Positions 31,145-39,925 of a stretch of DNA of 64,000 nt are shown in pieces. The DNA comes from Candidatus Oxydemutator sp. (GTDB lineage: Bacteria > Pseudomonadota > Gammaproteobacteria > Poriferisulfidales > Oxydemutatoraceae): contig OZ241883.1 in NCBI GenBank assembly GCA_965203445.1, positions 1,760,001-1,824,000 of the forward strand, given 5' to 3'. A program made the position numbers and the translations under genes. The notes under the pieces are model-generated. The model was not told where the DNA came from. It was given only the letters and a program-made list of their open reading frames with translations, and searched no databases. How positions within the stretch are numbered: position 1 is the stretch's first letter; each line of letters starts with the position of its first letter.

Positions 31145-32001
31145 GGCGATACGGATTCCAACTGACCTTCCCCCTGAATTAGGGCCACAGCTGCCGACTT
31201 ATCCACGTGTTGAGGGAGGATTTGCCAAGAAACTCCGTATTGATCTTTCACCCAGCCACATTGCTCTGCTTCCGGCACCGCCGAAAGTTTATCCCGGTAA
31301 TAGTCTATTTCTTTTTGGTCTTTACAGTTAATCATCAATGAAATCGCTTCATTGAAAGTGAAGTCATGCATGCGCGTGCTTCCGTCCATCGCTGCAAACC
31401 ACTGATCTTCCAGCTTACAGTCGGTGAACATAATAGAGCCTTCTTTATTCGGTTCCGAGTCAGCAGGATAACGACTGATAGCACCGCGCCTGGTGTTCTT
31501 GAAAACAGAGAGATAAAACCCCGTTGCCTCCTCGGCTTTGTCGCACGTGTCCGTTACAAAAAGGAAGGAAGGAATGATACGCGGACGATCTTCTCCTTCT
31601 GGATCAGTATAAATGAACTGCCACGAAAATCCGTATTTGTCTTGAATCCAGCCATAGCGTTCACTAAATGGGTATGTATCCAGGGACATGAGTATTTTGC
31701 CACCTTCAGATAACTTATCCCAAATCTCATCAATCCGCTTCCGAGCATCCTTGTCATATTTTGGATCAAAATTAACCATGAATGAGATGGATGGATTTGG
31801 CTTAGAGTGTGGCCCCGCACTAATTGCCCGAAACTCATAGCCCATAAGTTCAAAGCTGACAATATCGCAATCGCCTGATGGCGTGTCTTTGATTTGGGAG
31901 GTGAAAGTTCTCTTGGAATCCGGAAATAGAGAAGTGTAAAATTCGGCAGCTTCAACCGCTTCTTTGTCGAACCATAAGTTTGGGGTGATTTTTTGAGTCA
32001 T
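31141..32001 (-). CDS. VOC/PhnB-like (3-demethylubiquinone-9 3-methyltransferase family) two-domain protein; the C-terminus is probably replaced
   Basis: QKITPNLWFDKEAVEAAEFY, YGWIQDKYGFSWQ, FNEAISL and CGWVKDQYGVSWQILP. GC is lower than in the neighbouring genes. Confidence 0.85.
   Translation of the reverse strand: MTQKITPNLWFDKEAVEAAEFYTSLFPDSKRTFTSQIKDTPSGDCDIVSFELMGYEFRAISAGPHSKPNPSISFMVNFDPKYDKDARKRIDEIWDKLSEGGKILMSLDTYPFSERYGWIQDKYGFSWQFIYTDPEGEDRPRIIPSFLFVTDTCDKAEEATGFYLSVFKNTRRGAISRYPADSEPNKEGSIMFTDCKLEDQWFAAMDGSTRMHDFTFNEAISLMINCKDQKEIDYYRDKLSAVPEAEQCGWVKDQYGVSWQILPQHVDKSAAVALIQGEGQLESVSP
31163..31191 (+). mobile_element. Solo IS3-family terminal inverted-repeat-like sequence
   Basis: tgaccttccccctgaattagggccacagc, similar to the IS end at 26853 and to 55127. 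Confidence 0.6.
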
Positions 32002-32127
32002 GCATTTATTCTAACATCATACTGACCGATACACCGAACGCCTCCGCGATCTTTTCCATAGTGCTCAAGGTTACATTTTGCTTACCGTTTTCAACATTGC
32101 TGATGTCCGCACAGCGGAAGTTTCATT

Positions 32128-32220
32128 TGGCGGAGAGGGGGGGATTCGAACCCCCGATACGGGGAGTGCCCGTATACACGCTTTCCAGGCGTGCGCCTTC
32201 GACCGCTCGGCCACCTCTCC
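32128..32220 (-). tRNA. tRNA-Ser(GGA)
   Basis: Reverse complement GGAGAGGTGGCCGAGCGGTCGAAGGCG-CACGC-CT-GGA-AA-GCGTG...long variable arm...GGGGGTTCGAATCCCCCCCTCTCCGCCA, with encoded CCA. Confidence 0.97.
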
Positions 32221-32225
32221 GGTCG

Positions 32226-32561
32226 TCAATTTTTCTTGCGGGTATTGTCGCCTGTATGGGGGATGGTCGGCAAGTGCGCGACCTTGTCGCCGATTGCGGT
32301 GACCTTCGCCGGCCCGGTCTTTTCGACCTCGTCTATGCGCACGACCGCGTGCATCGGAATGAAGCAGCGCTTGACGCCGGCGAACTCTCTCTCGAGGCGC
32401 TCGGCGCCGGGGTCGACGACGACGCCCTTCCTGCCGAAGTCGAAATCCTCTATCGTGATGAAGCCCGCCATGTCCGACGGGTACACCTTGTGGACGAAGA
32501 CCTCGAACGCCTCGCCCTGGTTGATGAACGAGACCTTGTAGAGGCTTTTTTTCGCGGCCAC
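32226..32561 (-). CDS. DUF1820-family protein
   Basis: LYKVSFINQGEAFEV...VVVDPGAERLEREFAGVKRCFIPMHAVVRIDEVEK matches the family as I recall it. Confidence 0.8.
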   Translation of the reverse strand: MAAKKSLYKVSFINQGEAFEVFVHKVYPSDMAGFITIEDFDFGRKGVVVDPGAERLEREFAGVKRCFIPMHAVVRIDEVEKTGPAKVTAIGDKVAHLPTIPHTGDNTRKKN

Positions 32562-32576
32562 GCCGGAAACTCCTTC

Positions 32577-35351
32577 TCAGGCCGCCTTCTCGACCCGGAG
32601 GGCGCAGAACTTGAACTCGGGTATTTTGCCGAACGGGTCGAGCGCCTCGTTGGTCAGCAGGTTGGCGGCGGCCTCGCGGAAGCAGAACGGCATGAACACC
32701 TGGCCCGGAACCAGGCGGTCGTCGGCGCGCACGCGGCATTCCACCGAGCCGCGCCGCGACGTCAGGCGCACGTTGTCGCCGGCGCGCGCGCCGACGGCGG
32801 CGAGATCGTCCGGGTGCAGCGACGCCACCGCCACCGGTTCGATCTCGTTGAGCACGCTGGCGCGGCGCGTCATCGCGCCGGTGTGCCAGTGTTCGAGCTG
32901 GCGTCCGGTGATGAACACGTACGGATAGCGTCCGTCGGGCAGTTCGTCGGCGCGCCGGAAGTCCGCCGGCACGAAGCGTCCGCGACCGTCGTTGGTCGGG
33001 AAATCGTGCTCGAACAGGATTGCCTGCCCGGGATCGTCGCGGCGCTCGCACGGGTAGGTGACCGAATGCTCGCGTTCAAGACGCTCCCAGGTGATGCCGC
33101 CGATGCTGTCCATCGCCCGCGTCATCTCGGCGAACACGTCGGCGGCGTCTTCGTAACGCCAGTCGAGTCCGAGGCGCCCGGCGATCTGCCCGATGATCCA
33201 CAGATCCTGGCGCGCGTCGCCCGGCGGCGCGACTGCCCGGCGTCCGAGTTGCACGCGGCGGTCGGTGTTGGTGAAGGTGCCGGTCTTTTCGGGGAAGGCC
33301 GAGGCCGGCAGGATGACGTCGGCGAACAGCGCGGTCTCGGTCATGAAGATGTCCTGCACGACCAGGTGCTCGAGTTTTGCGAGCGCCGTGCGCGCGTGGT
33401 TCAGGTTGGGGTCGGACATCGCCGGGTTTTCGCCCATGATGTACATGCCGCGCAGCGCGCCGTCGCCGGCGGCGTGCATGATCTCGACCACGGTCAGGCC
33501 CGGTTCGGGGTCGAGCGCCACACCCCACAGCCGCTCGAAGCGCCGGCGCGCGGCGGCGTCGTCCACGCGCCGGTAGTCGGGGAACACCATCGGAATCAGG
33601 CCGACGTCGGACGCGCCCTGCACGTTGTTCTGCCCGCGCAGCGGGTGCAGGCCGGTGCCGGGGCGCCCGATCTGGCCGGTCATCAGCGCCAGCGCTATCA
33701 GGCAGCGGGCGTTGTCGGTGCCGTGCACGTGCTGCGAGATGCCCATGCCCCAGAAGATCATCGAGGATTGCGCCGACGCATAGACGCGCGCGACCTCGTC
33801 CAGGACGCGCGCCGGGATGCCGCACACCGCGGCCATTTTTTCCGGCGCGTACGCTTCGAGCGAGCGGCGCAGCGCGTCGAAGCCCTCGGTGCGTTTTTCG
33901 ATGAACGCCGCGTCGGTCAGGTTCTGGCGTATGATCGAATGCATGATCGCGTTCAGCAGTGCCACGTCGGTGTCCGGCTTGAATTGCAGGAAGTAGTCGG
34001 CGTCGCGCGCGAGGTCGGTCGCGCGCGGGTCCATCACGATCAAGGTTCTGCCGGCGCGCGCCGCGTTCTTGATGAAGGTCGCCGCGACCGGGTGGTTTTC
34101 GGTCGGGTTGGCGCCGATGACGACGATCACGTCGGCGTTGGCGACGTCGGCGACCTGGTTCGATACCGCGCCCGAACCGATGCCCTCTAGCAGCGCCGCC
34201 ACCGACGACGCGTGGCACAGGCGCGTGCAGTGGTCCACGTTGTTGGTGCGAAAGCCGGTGCGCACCAGTTTCTGGAACAGGTAGGCTTCCTCGTTCGAGC
34301 CCTTGGCCGAACCGAAGCCGGCGAGGGCGCCGGGGCCGTGCTGTTCGAGGATGCGCCGAAAACCCGCGGCGGCGACGTCCAAGGCTTCGTCCCAGTCGGC
34401 CTCGCGGAACGTCGCGGCCACGTCCGAGTCGTCGAGGGTCTCTATGTCCGGGACTTTGGCGGCCTGCGGCACGCGGATCAACGGGCGCGTCAGGCGCTCC
34501 CCGCTGTGCGCGTAGTCGAAGCCGTAGCGTCCCTTGACGCACAGGCGACCGTGGTTGGACGGGCCGTCGCGCCCCTCGACGCGCAGTATTCTGTCGCCCG
34601 CGACGTGGTACGTCAGCAGGCAGCCGACGCCGCAATAGGGGCACACCGAGTCGACCCGTTTTTCCGCCGTCCGGGTCGCGCTCTCGCCCGCCGGCAGCAG
34701 CGCGCCGGTCGGGCACGCCTGCACGCACTCGCCGCAGCCGACGCAGCTGCTGTCGCCCATCGGGTCGTCGAGATCGAACACGATCAACGAGTCCGCGCCG
34801 CGTCCGGCGTAGCCGATGACGTCGTTGTTCTGTTCCTCGCGGCACGCGCGCACGCAGCGTGTGCATTGGATGCAGGCGTCGAGGCGCACCGCGATGCCGG
34901 GATGCGAGACGTCGGGAGCGGGGTTGGCGCGCGCGCCGAAACGCGGCGCGCCGACGCCGGCACGTTCGCTCCAACGCGCAAGCTCGTCGTCCGGCGTGCG
35001 GTGTTCGCGCGCGACGTCGGATTGCAGCAGTTCGAGCACCAGGCGTTGCGCGCGCCGCGCGCGCTCGTTGTCGCTGGTTACGACCATGCCGGCGGCGGGC
35101 TTCCTGACGCACGCCGGTTGCAGCGCGCGTTCGCCCTCGACCTCGACCATGCACGCGCGGCAGTTGCCGTCGGCGCGCAGGCCCTGCTTGAAGCACAGGT
35201 GCGGGATTTCGACGCCGTGGCGGGCGCCGGCCTGGAGGACCGTCTCGCCGTCGGTCGCGGTCAGCGCGCGTCCGTTCAGCGTGAAAGTCACGCCCGCTTG
35301 ATTGCCGCCTTCTGTTTTGTTTTCTGTTTCGGGGGTGCGTTCGGGTGTCAT
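32577..35351 (-). CDS. fdhF: NAD-linked formate dehydrogenase alpha subunit (Mo/W-bisPGD, Cys ligand)
   Basis: N-terminal 2Fe-2S (GNCRACMVE), ferredoxin motifs CIQCTRC and CVGCGEC, CPYCGVGC, DHCTRLCHASS, LRGQNNVQG and a PEFK C-terminus. Confidence 0.93.
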   Translation of the reverse strand: MTPERTPETENKTEGGNQAGVTFTLNGRALTATDGETVLQAGARHGVEIPHLCFKQGLRADGNCRACMVEVEGERALQPACVRKPAAGMVVTSDNERARRAQRLVLELLQSDVAREHRTPDDELARWSERAGVGAPRFGARANPAPDVSHPGIAVRLDACIQCTRCVRACREEQNNDVIGYAGRGADSLIVFDLDDPMGDSSCVGCGECVQACPTGALLPAGESATRTAEKRVDSVCPYCGVGCLLTYHVAGDRILRVEGRDGPSNHGRLCVKGRYGFDYAHSGERLTRPLIRVPQAAKVPDIETLDDSDVAATFREADWDEALDVAAAGFRRILEQHGPGALAGFGSAKGSNEEAYLFQKLVRTGFRTNNVDHCTRLCHASSVAALLEGIGSGAVSNQVADVANADVIVVIGANPTENHPVAATFIKNAARAGRTLIVMDPRATDLARDADYFLQFKPDTDVALLNAIMHSIIRQNLTDAAFIEKRTEGFDALRRSLEAYAPEKMAAVCGIPARVLDEVARVYASAQSSMIFWGMGISQHVHGTDNARCLIALALMTGQIGRPGTGLHPLRGQNNVQGASDVGLIPMVFPDYRRVDDAAARRRFERLWGVALDPEPGLTVVEIMHAAGDGALRGMYIMGENPAMSDPNLNHARTALAKLEHLVVQDIFMTETALFADVILPASAFPEKTGTFTNTDRRVQLGRRAVAPPGDARQDLWIIGQIAGRLGLDWRYEDAADVFAEMTRAMDSIGGITWERLEREHSVTYPCERRDDPGQAILFEHDFPTNDGRGRFVPADFRRADELPDGRYPYVFITGRQLEHWHTGAMTRRASVLNEIEPVAVASLHPDDLAAVGARAGDNVRLTSRRGSVECRVRADDRLVPGQVFMPFCFREAAANLLTNEALDPFGKIPEFKFCALRVEKAA

Positions 35352-35366
35352 GCGTCGCCTCGTCCG

Positions 35367-37067
35367 TTATTCGAGTTCCTGCGGAAAATATTTCACCACA
35401 CATTGCATCGGGTTGGGAGCGGCCTGGCCGAGGCCGCAGATCGAGGCGTCGGCCATGACCTGCGCCAGTTCGTCCATCAGCCCAAGATCCCACGTCGGTC
35501 GGGCCATCAACTGCACCGCCTTGGCCGTGCCGACGCGGCACGGCGTGCATTTGCCGCACGACTCATGCGCGAAGAATCGCATCGCGTTGACGGCCGCGGC
35601 GCGTGCGCGGTCCCGATGCGACAGTACGATGACCGCGGCCGAACCGATGAAGCAGCCGTGTTCGTTCAGCGTGTCGAAGTCGAGCGGCACGTCGGCCATC
35701 GAGGCCGGCAGGATGCCGCCCGAGGCGCCGCCGGGGAAATAGCCGTAGAGTTCGTGCCCCGGCAACATGCCCTCGCAGTATTCGTCTATCAGTTCGCGCG
35801 CGGTGATGCCGGCGGGCGCCAGATGCACGCCCGGTTTGTTGACGCGCCCGCTGACCGAGAACGAGCGCAGGCCGCGGCGCCCGTTGCGCCCGTGCGACGC
35901 GAACCAGTCGGCGCCCTGTTCGACGACGTCGCGCACCCAGTAGAGGGTCTCCACGTTGTGTTCCAGCGTCGGGCGTCCGAACAGCCCGACCTGGGCGACG
36001 AACGGCGGGCGCAGGCGCGGCATACCGCGCTTGCCTTCGAGGGATTCGATCATCGCCGACTCCTCGCCGCAGACGTAGGCGCCGGCGCCGCGTCGCAACT
36101 CGATGGGCGGCGGCGCGTACGGCGGCGGGCACGGCGGTTCGGCGCGCAGTTTCGCAAGCTCGGTCGCAAGCATCCGGCGAATGCCGGCGTATTCGTCGCG
36201 CAGATAGACGTAAATCTTCTCGATACCGACCACGTGCGCGGCGATCAACGCGCCTTCGAGGAAGCGATGCGGGTCGTGTTCGAGGTAATGGCGGTCCTTG
36301 AAGGTGCCCGGTTCGCCCTCGTCTATGTTGACCGCCAGCAGGCGCGGCGCCGGTTCGCCGCGCACGATGCGCCATTTGCGCCCGGCCGGGAAGCCGGCGC
36401 CGCCGAGGCCGCGCAGGCCGGATTGTTCGAGTTCGGCGATGATTTCGTCGCCGCTGCGTTCGCCGCTTGCGACGGCTTGCAGTAGCGCGTAGCCGTGGTT
36501 GTCCCGGTAGCAGGCGTAGTCGGCGTAGCGGGGGAGAGCGGCGTGCGTCGCGCCGGCCGCAATCGCCCGGGTGACCGACTCCGCCGTCGCCGATCCCAGC
36601 GGGTGCGTGCCGACGACGGCGACCGGCGCGGCGTCGCAGCGCCCGACGCACGGGACGCGCTGGATTCTGACGTCGTCGCCGCTTCGCCGTTCGAGTTCGG
36701 CGATGAGGTTCTCGCAGCCGAACATCTCGCAGGTCACCGAGTCGCAGACGCGCACGGTCAGCGGCGGCGGCGCTCTCTCGCCTTCCTTGACGACGTCGAA
36801 GTGATGGTAGAACGTCGCCACCTCATAGACTTCCGCCGGCGCCAGTTTCAACTCGCGGGCGAGGGCGACGACGTGGGCGGCGCTTATATGGCCGTGTTTG
36901 TCCTGTATCAGGTGCAGGAATTCAATCAGCAGGTCGCGCCTCCTCGGGTGCTCGCCCAGCAGCGCGCGGATCTCGGCGAGTGCGCCGTGATCGACGCTTC
37001 TGCCGCGCGCCTGGCCCCGTTTCTTGCGGCGCTTGCCGCGCCTTGCCTGTATTGCCCGTTGCGCCAT
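35367..37067 (-). CDS. Formate dehydrogenase beta subunit (fused NuoE-like and NuoF-like diaphorase)
   Basis: YEVATFYHHF, CVGRCDAAP, GLRGLGGAGFPAGRKW, DEGEPGTFKDR, GAGAYVCGEESA, ESCGKCTPCRVG and SICGLG. The start was moved to ATG 37067 because the longer ORF overlaps the divergent gene. Confidence 0.9.
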   Translation of the reverse strand: MAQRAIQARRGKRRKKRGQARGRSVDHGALAEIRALLGEHPRRRDLLIEFLHLIQDKHGHISAAHVVALARELKLAPAEVYEVATFYHHFDVVKEGERAPPPLTVRVCDSVTCEMFGCENLIAELERRSGDDVRIQRVPCVGRCDAAPVAVVGTHPLGSATAESVTRAIAAGATHAALPRYADYACYRDNHGYALLQAVASGERSGDEIIAELEQSGLRGLGGAGFPAGRKWRIVRGEPAPRLLAVNIDEGEPGTFKDRHYLEHDPHRFLEGALIAAHVVGIEKIYVYLRDEYAGIRRMLATELAKLRAEPPCPPPYAPPPIELRRGAGAYVCGEESAMIESLEGKRGMPRLRPPFVAQVGLFGRPTLEHNVETLYWVRDVVEQGADWFASHGRNGRRGLRSFSVSGRVNKPGVHLAPAGITARELIDEYCEGMLPGHELYGYFPGGASGGILPASMADVPLDFDTLNEHGCFIGSAAVIVLSHRDRARAAAVNAMRFFAHESCGKCTPCRVGTAKAVQLMARPTWDLGLMDELAQVMADASICGLGQAAPNPMQCVVKYFPQELE

Positions 37068-37169
37068 GTTTCGCGTTGGCAAGTATAACCGTTCCCCCAT
37101 CGTCTGAACATGGTATAAAGAGGTGCGGGAGCCACCCCGGCGACCCGCAAAAACCAATGGAGGCAAACG

Positions 37170-37556
37170 ATGGCATGGAGAGAAATAAAAGCCGAACAAA
37201 CGTATTCGGAGGAGCAGATCAAGCAGCGGCTTGCGGAGGAACTGCCGCTGTGGCATTACGAGAACGGCTGGATACGCCGCAAGTATCGCACGCACGGCTG
37301 GAAGGGCACGCTGATGGTCGTCAACACCGTCGGCCATCTGGCCGAGGCTGCCTTTCACCATCCCGACCTGACTGTGTCGTATGCATTCGTCATCGTCAAG
37401 CTGATGAATCACGCGGCCAAAGGTGTGACCAACAAGGATTTTGAACTGGCGAAGAAGATCGAGGAAGTCGTGCAATGGCAGCCCGGGAAAGAGGGCGGCG
37501 CGCTCGAGGGCACGCCCGCGGACAAGAGATTTGCCTACATCCAGTACGACGATTGA
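37170..37556 (+). CDS. Pterin-4a-carbinolamine dehydratase-like protein (PcbD/PhhB family)
   Basis: LAEAAFHHPDL motif and LMNHAAKGVTNKDFELAKKIE; RBS GGAGG. Confidence 0.85.
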   Translation: MAWREIKAEQTYSEEQIKQRLAEELPLWHYENGWIRRKYRTHGWKGTLMVVNTVGHLAEAAFHHPDLTVSYAFVIVKLMNHAAKGVTNKDFELAKKIEEVVQWQPGKEGGALEGTPADKRFAYIQYDD

Positions 37557-37648
37557 ATCGCTGATGCCGTTCGTCGGGTAAGAATGCCGGCTATATCAAT
37601 GAGGTAAAAAAGGGTAAAAAAGAGGCTCTGCCGTTCGTCGGAAATTGC

Positions 37649-37676
37649 TTGCGGGGTACATGCGCCGGCGTAGAAT
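37649..37676 (+). promoter_or_regulatory. Putative sigma70 promoter of the three-paralog array (possibly leaderless)
   Basis: TTGCGG-N16-TAGAAT, ending 7 nt before ATG 37684, which has no Shine-Dalgarno. Confidence 0.45.
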
Positions 37677-37683
37677 GGCGGCC

Positions 37684-38373
37684 ATGAGCAAGGTGTATGA
37701 CATACGGCGCTACCGGGTTGCCGAGAAACGCCCGCATCCGTATTCGGATGCGGCGTCGCGCGCGCGCTGGGCGCGGATCGAGACGGCCCATGAAGAGGTG
37801 CAAAGGGCGATAGCGGCGACCGCCAGGGAGATAAAGGAGACCGACAGAGTGTCGCGGGAGTCCATCCAGGAACTTTCCAAGGAGGTAAAGGAGGCTACCA
37901 GAGTGTCGCAGGAGGCGGCGCAGATGGTCGGGAACATGGGGCGTACCCAGGGGCGCATCGCCGAGGAGTTTTTCCATGCGGCGTTGCGCAAGACGCCGCG
38001 TATCGGCGCGCTGGAGTTCGACGACGTACGCGCAAACGTCACGGTGGATCGGAAAGGTCGAAGTGCCGAGTATGATCTGATACTGACCAACGGTGGGCTT
38101 GTGGCGGTAGTCGAGGTCAAGCACAAGTTGCGTCTCCGGGACGTGGAGCATATTCGCAAGAAGCTGGCGCCGAACTTTCGCTTTTTGTTTCCGGAGTGGC
38201 GTGCCAGGAAGTTGTTGCTGGCGGTGGCGTACATCACCGCGTCGCCGGGAGCCTTGCCTGCGGCGCGCGAATATGGTTACGCGACGCTGTCGCCGGACGG
38301 CCAGGAGGTGCGCGCGGACGTGAGTTGCGTGCGCTACGTTGAGTTGAGGAATGATCATGGGCAAGGTGTATGA
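37684..38373 (+). CDS. Coiled-coil plus PD-(D/E)XK nuclease-like domain protein, paralog 1
   Basis: GRIAEEFF...EYDLILTNGGLVAVVEVK. The start was chosen by alignment with paralogs 2 and 3 (M[SG]KVYD). Confidence 0.8.
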   Translation: MSKVYDIRRYRVAEKRPHPYSDAASRARWARIETAHEEVQRAIAATAREIKETDRVSRESIQELSKEVKEATRVSQEAAQMVGNMGRTQGRIAEEFFHAALRKTPRIGALEFDDVRANVTVDRKGRSAEYDLILTNGGLVAVVEVKHKLRLRDVEHIRKKLAPNFRFLFPEWRARKLLLAVAYITASPGALPAAREYGYATLSPDGQEVRADVSCVRYVELRNDHGQGV

Positions 38374-39016
38374 CATGCGAAGCTACCGGGTTGCCGAGAA
38401 GCGCCCCGATCCGTACCTGGATGCGGAGTCGCGCGCGCGCTGGGCGCGGATCGAGGCGGCCCATGAAGAGGTGCAAAGGGCGATAGCGGCGACCGCCAAG
38501 GAAGTAAAGGAACTCTCCAAGGCGGTAGAAGCAACCACCAGGCAAGTGGAAGAGACCTCCAAGGCGGTAAGGGACCTCGCCAAGGACGTCGGGGGCGCGG
38601 GGCAAGTTCGGGGCCGCATTGCCGAGGAGTTTTTCTATAAGGCGTTGCGCGAGGAGCGGCGTATCGGCGCGTTGAAGTTCAACGAGATATACCCGAACTT
38701 CGAGGCAAAGCGCGACGGTCGGAGCAATGAGTATGATCTGCTGTTGACCAACGGCGAGTTGGTGGCGGTGGTCGAGGTCAAACACAATCTGCGCCGTCGC
38801 GACGTGGAGGATATGCGCAAAGTGCGTGCGCCGAACGCCCGTTATTATCTGCGCCGTTTCAGCGACAAGAAGATGTTGTTTGTGATGGCGTATATGACGG
38901 CGAGAGCCGACGTCGTGGCCCTGGCGCACGAATGTGGCTATGCGACGCTGTCGCCGGACGGTCAGAAGGTGCGCGCGGACGTGAGTTGCGTGCGCTACGT
39001 CGAGTGTGAGGAGTAA
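38357..39016 (+). CDS. Coiled-coil plus PD-(D/E)XK nuclease-like domain protein, paralog 2
   Basis: Same architecture (EYDLLLTNGELVAVVEVK); RBS GAGGA. Confidence 0.8.
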   Translation: MGKVYDMRSYRVAEKRPDPYLDAESRARWARIEAAHEEVQRAIAATAKEVKELSKAVEATTRQVEETSKAVRDLAKDVGGAGQVRGRIAEEFFYKALREERRIGALKFNEIYPNFEAKRDGRSNEYDLLLTNGELVAVVEVKHNLRRRDVEDMRKVRAPNARYYLRRFSDKKMLFVMAYMTARADVVALAHECGYATLSPDGQKVRADVSCVRYVECEE

Positions 39017-39018
39017 TC

Positions 39019-39825
39019 ATGAGCAAGGTGTATGACATGCAAAGCTACCGGATTGCCGAGAAGCGCCCGGATCCATATTCGGATGCGGCGTCGCGCGCGC
39101 GCTGGGCGCGGATCGAGGCGACCCAGGAAGAGATACAAAGGGCGATAGCGGCGACCGACCGGCAACTGGAAGAGACCGCCAGAGTGTCCCGGGAGTCCAT
39201 CCAGGAACTCTCCAAGGAGGTAAAGGAGACCGCCAGAGTGTCCCGGGAGTCTATCCAGGAACTCTCCAAGGAGGTAAAGGAAACCGCCAGAGTGTCCCGG
39301 GAGTCCATCCAGAAACTTTCCAGGCAAGTGGAAGAGACCTCCAAGGAAGTAAAGGAAACCACCAGAGCGGTAAAGGATCTCAACAAGAAAGTCGGGGGCG
39401 CGGGGCAAGTTCGGGGCCGCATCGCCGAGGAGTTTTTCTATGCGGCGTTGCGCGAGGAGCGGCGTATCGGCGCGTTGAAGTTCGACGATATATACCTGAA
39501 CTTCGAGGCAAAGCGCGACGGCCGGAGAACCGAATATGACCTGCTGTTGACCAACGGCGAGTTGGTGGCGGTGGTCGAGGTCAAGCACAATCTGCGCCTC
39601 GACAACGTGGAGGATATGCGCAAGATACGTGCGCCGCACGCCCGTTATTATCTGCGCCGTTTCAGCGACAAGAAGATGTTGTTTGTGATGGCGTATATGA
39701 CTGCGGACACCCAGGCCGTGGCCCTGGCGCACGAATGCGGCTACGCGACGCTGTCGCCGGATGGTCAGAAGGCGCGCGCGGACATAAGTTGCGTGCGTTA
39801 CGTGCCGCCCGCCGGCGCGGCGTAA
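39019..39825 (+). CDS. Coiled-coil plus PD-(D/E)XK nuclease-like domain protein, paralog 3 (expanded coiled coil)
   Basis: Same architecture, with three 54-bp copies of ETARVSRESIQELSKEVK at about 39172-39333; RBS GAGGAG. Confidence 0.8.
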   Translation: MSKVYDMQSYRIAEKRPDPYSDAASRARWARIEATQEEIQRAIAATDRQLEETARVSRESIQELSKEVKETARVSRESIQELSKEVKETARVSRESIQKLSRQVEETSKEVKETTRAVKDLNKKVGGAGQVRGRIAEEFFYAALREERRIGALKFDDIYLNFEAKRDGRRTEYDLLLTNGELVAVVEVKHNLRLDNVEDMRKIRAPHARYYLRRFSDKKMLFVMAYMTADTQAVALAHECGYATLSPDGQKARADISCVRYVPPAGAA

Positions 39826-39925
39826 GGCATTAGGCCTCAGGCATTAGAACTACGGGCGGGCGGGCGTACGCCGGCGTGTCGCGTCGTCGGCGAGTGGCTC
39901 CGCCGCCGTTCGTTCTGGTGGCGTG

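Noticed and set aside
30470-32220. Intact integrative element at tRNA-Ser
   Set aside because: No integrase, and I found no duplicated tRNA 3' end (att site) by eye.
34200-34240. Selenocysteine in FDH alpha
   Set aside because: The active-site segment reads DHCTRLCHASS with Cys codons and no in-frame TGA.
32061-36485. Long plus-strand ORFs (709 and 757 aa) and an 827-aa alternate-frame ORF over the FDH genes
   Set aside because: They overlap the tRNA and well-supported FDH genes and have low-complexity R/A/G composition.
37068-37475. N-terminal extension of the FDH beta ORF (702 aa)
   Set aside because: It overlaps the divergent PCD-like gene; ATG 37067 gives a normal-length protein.
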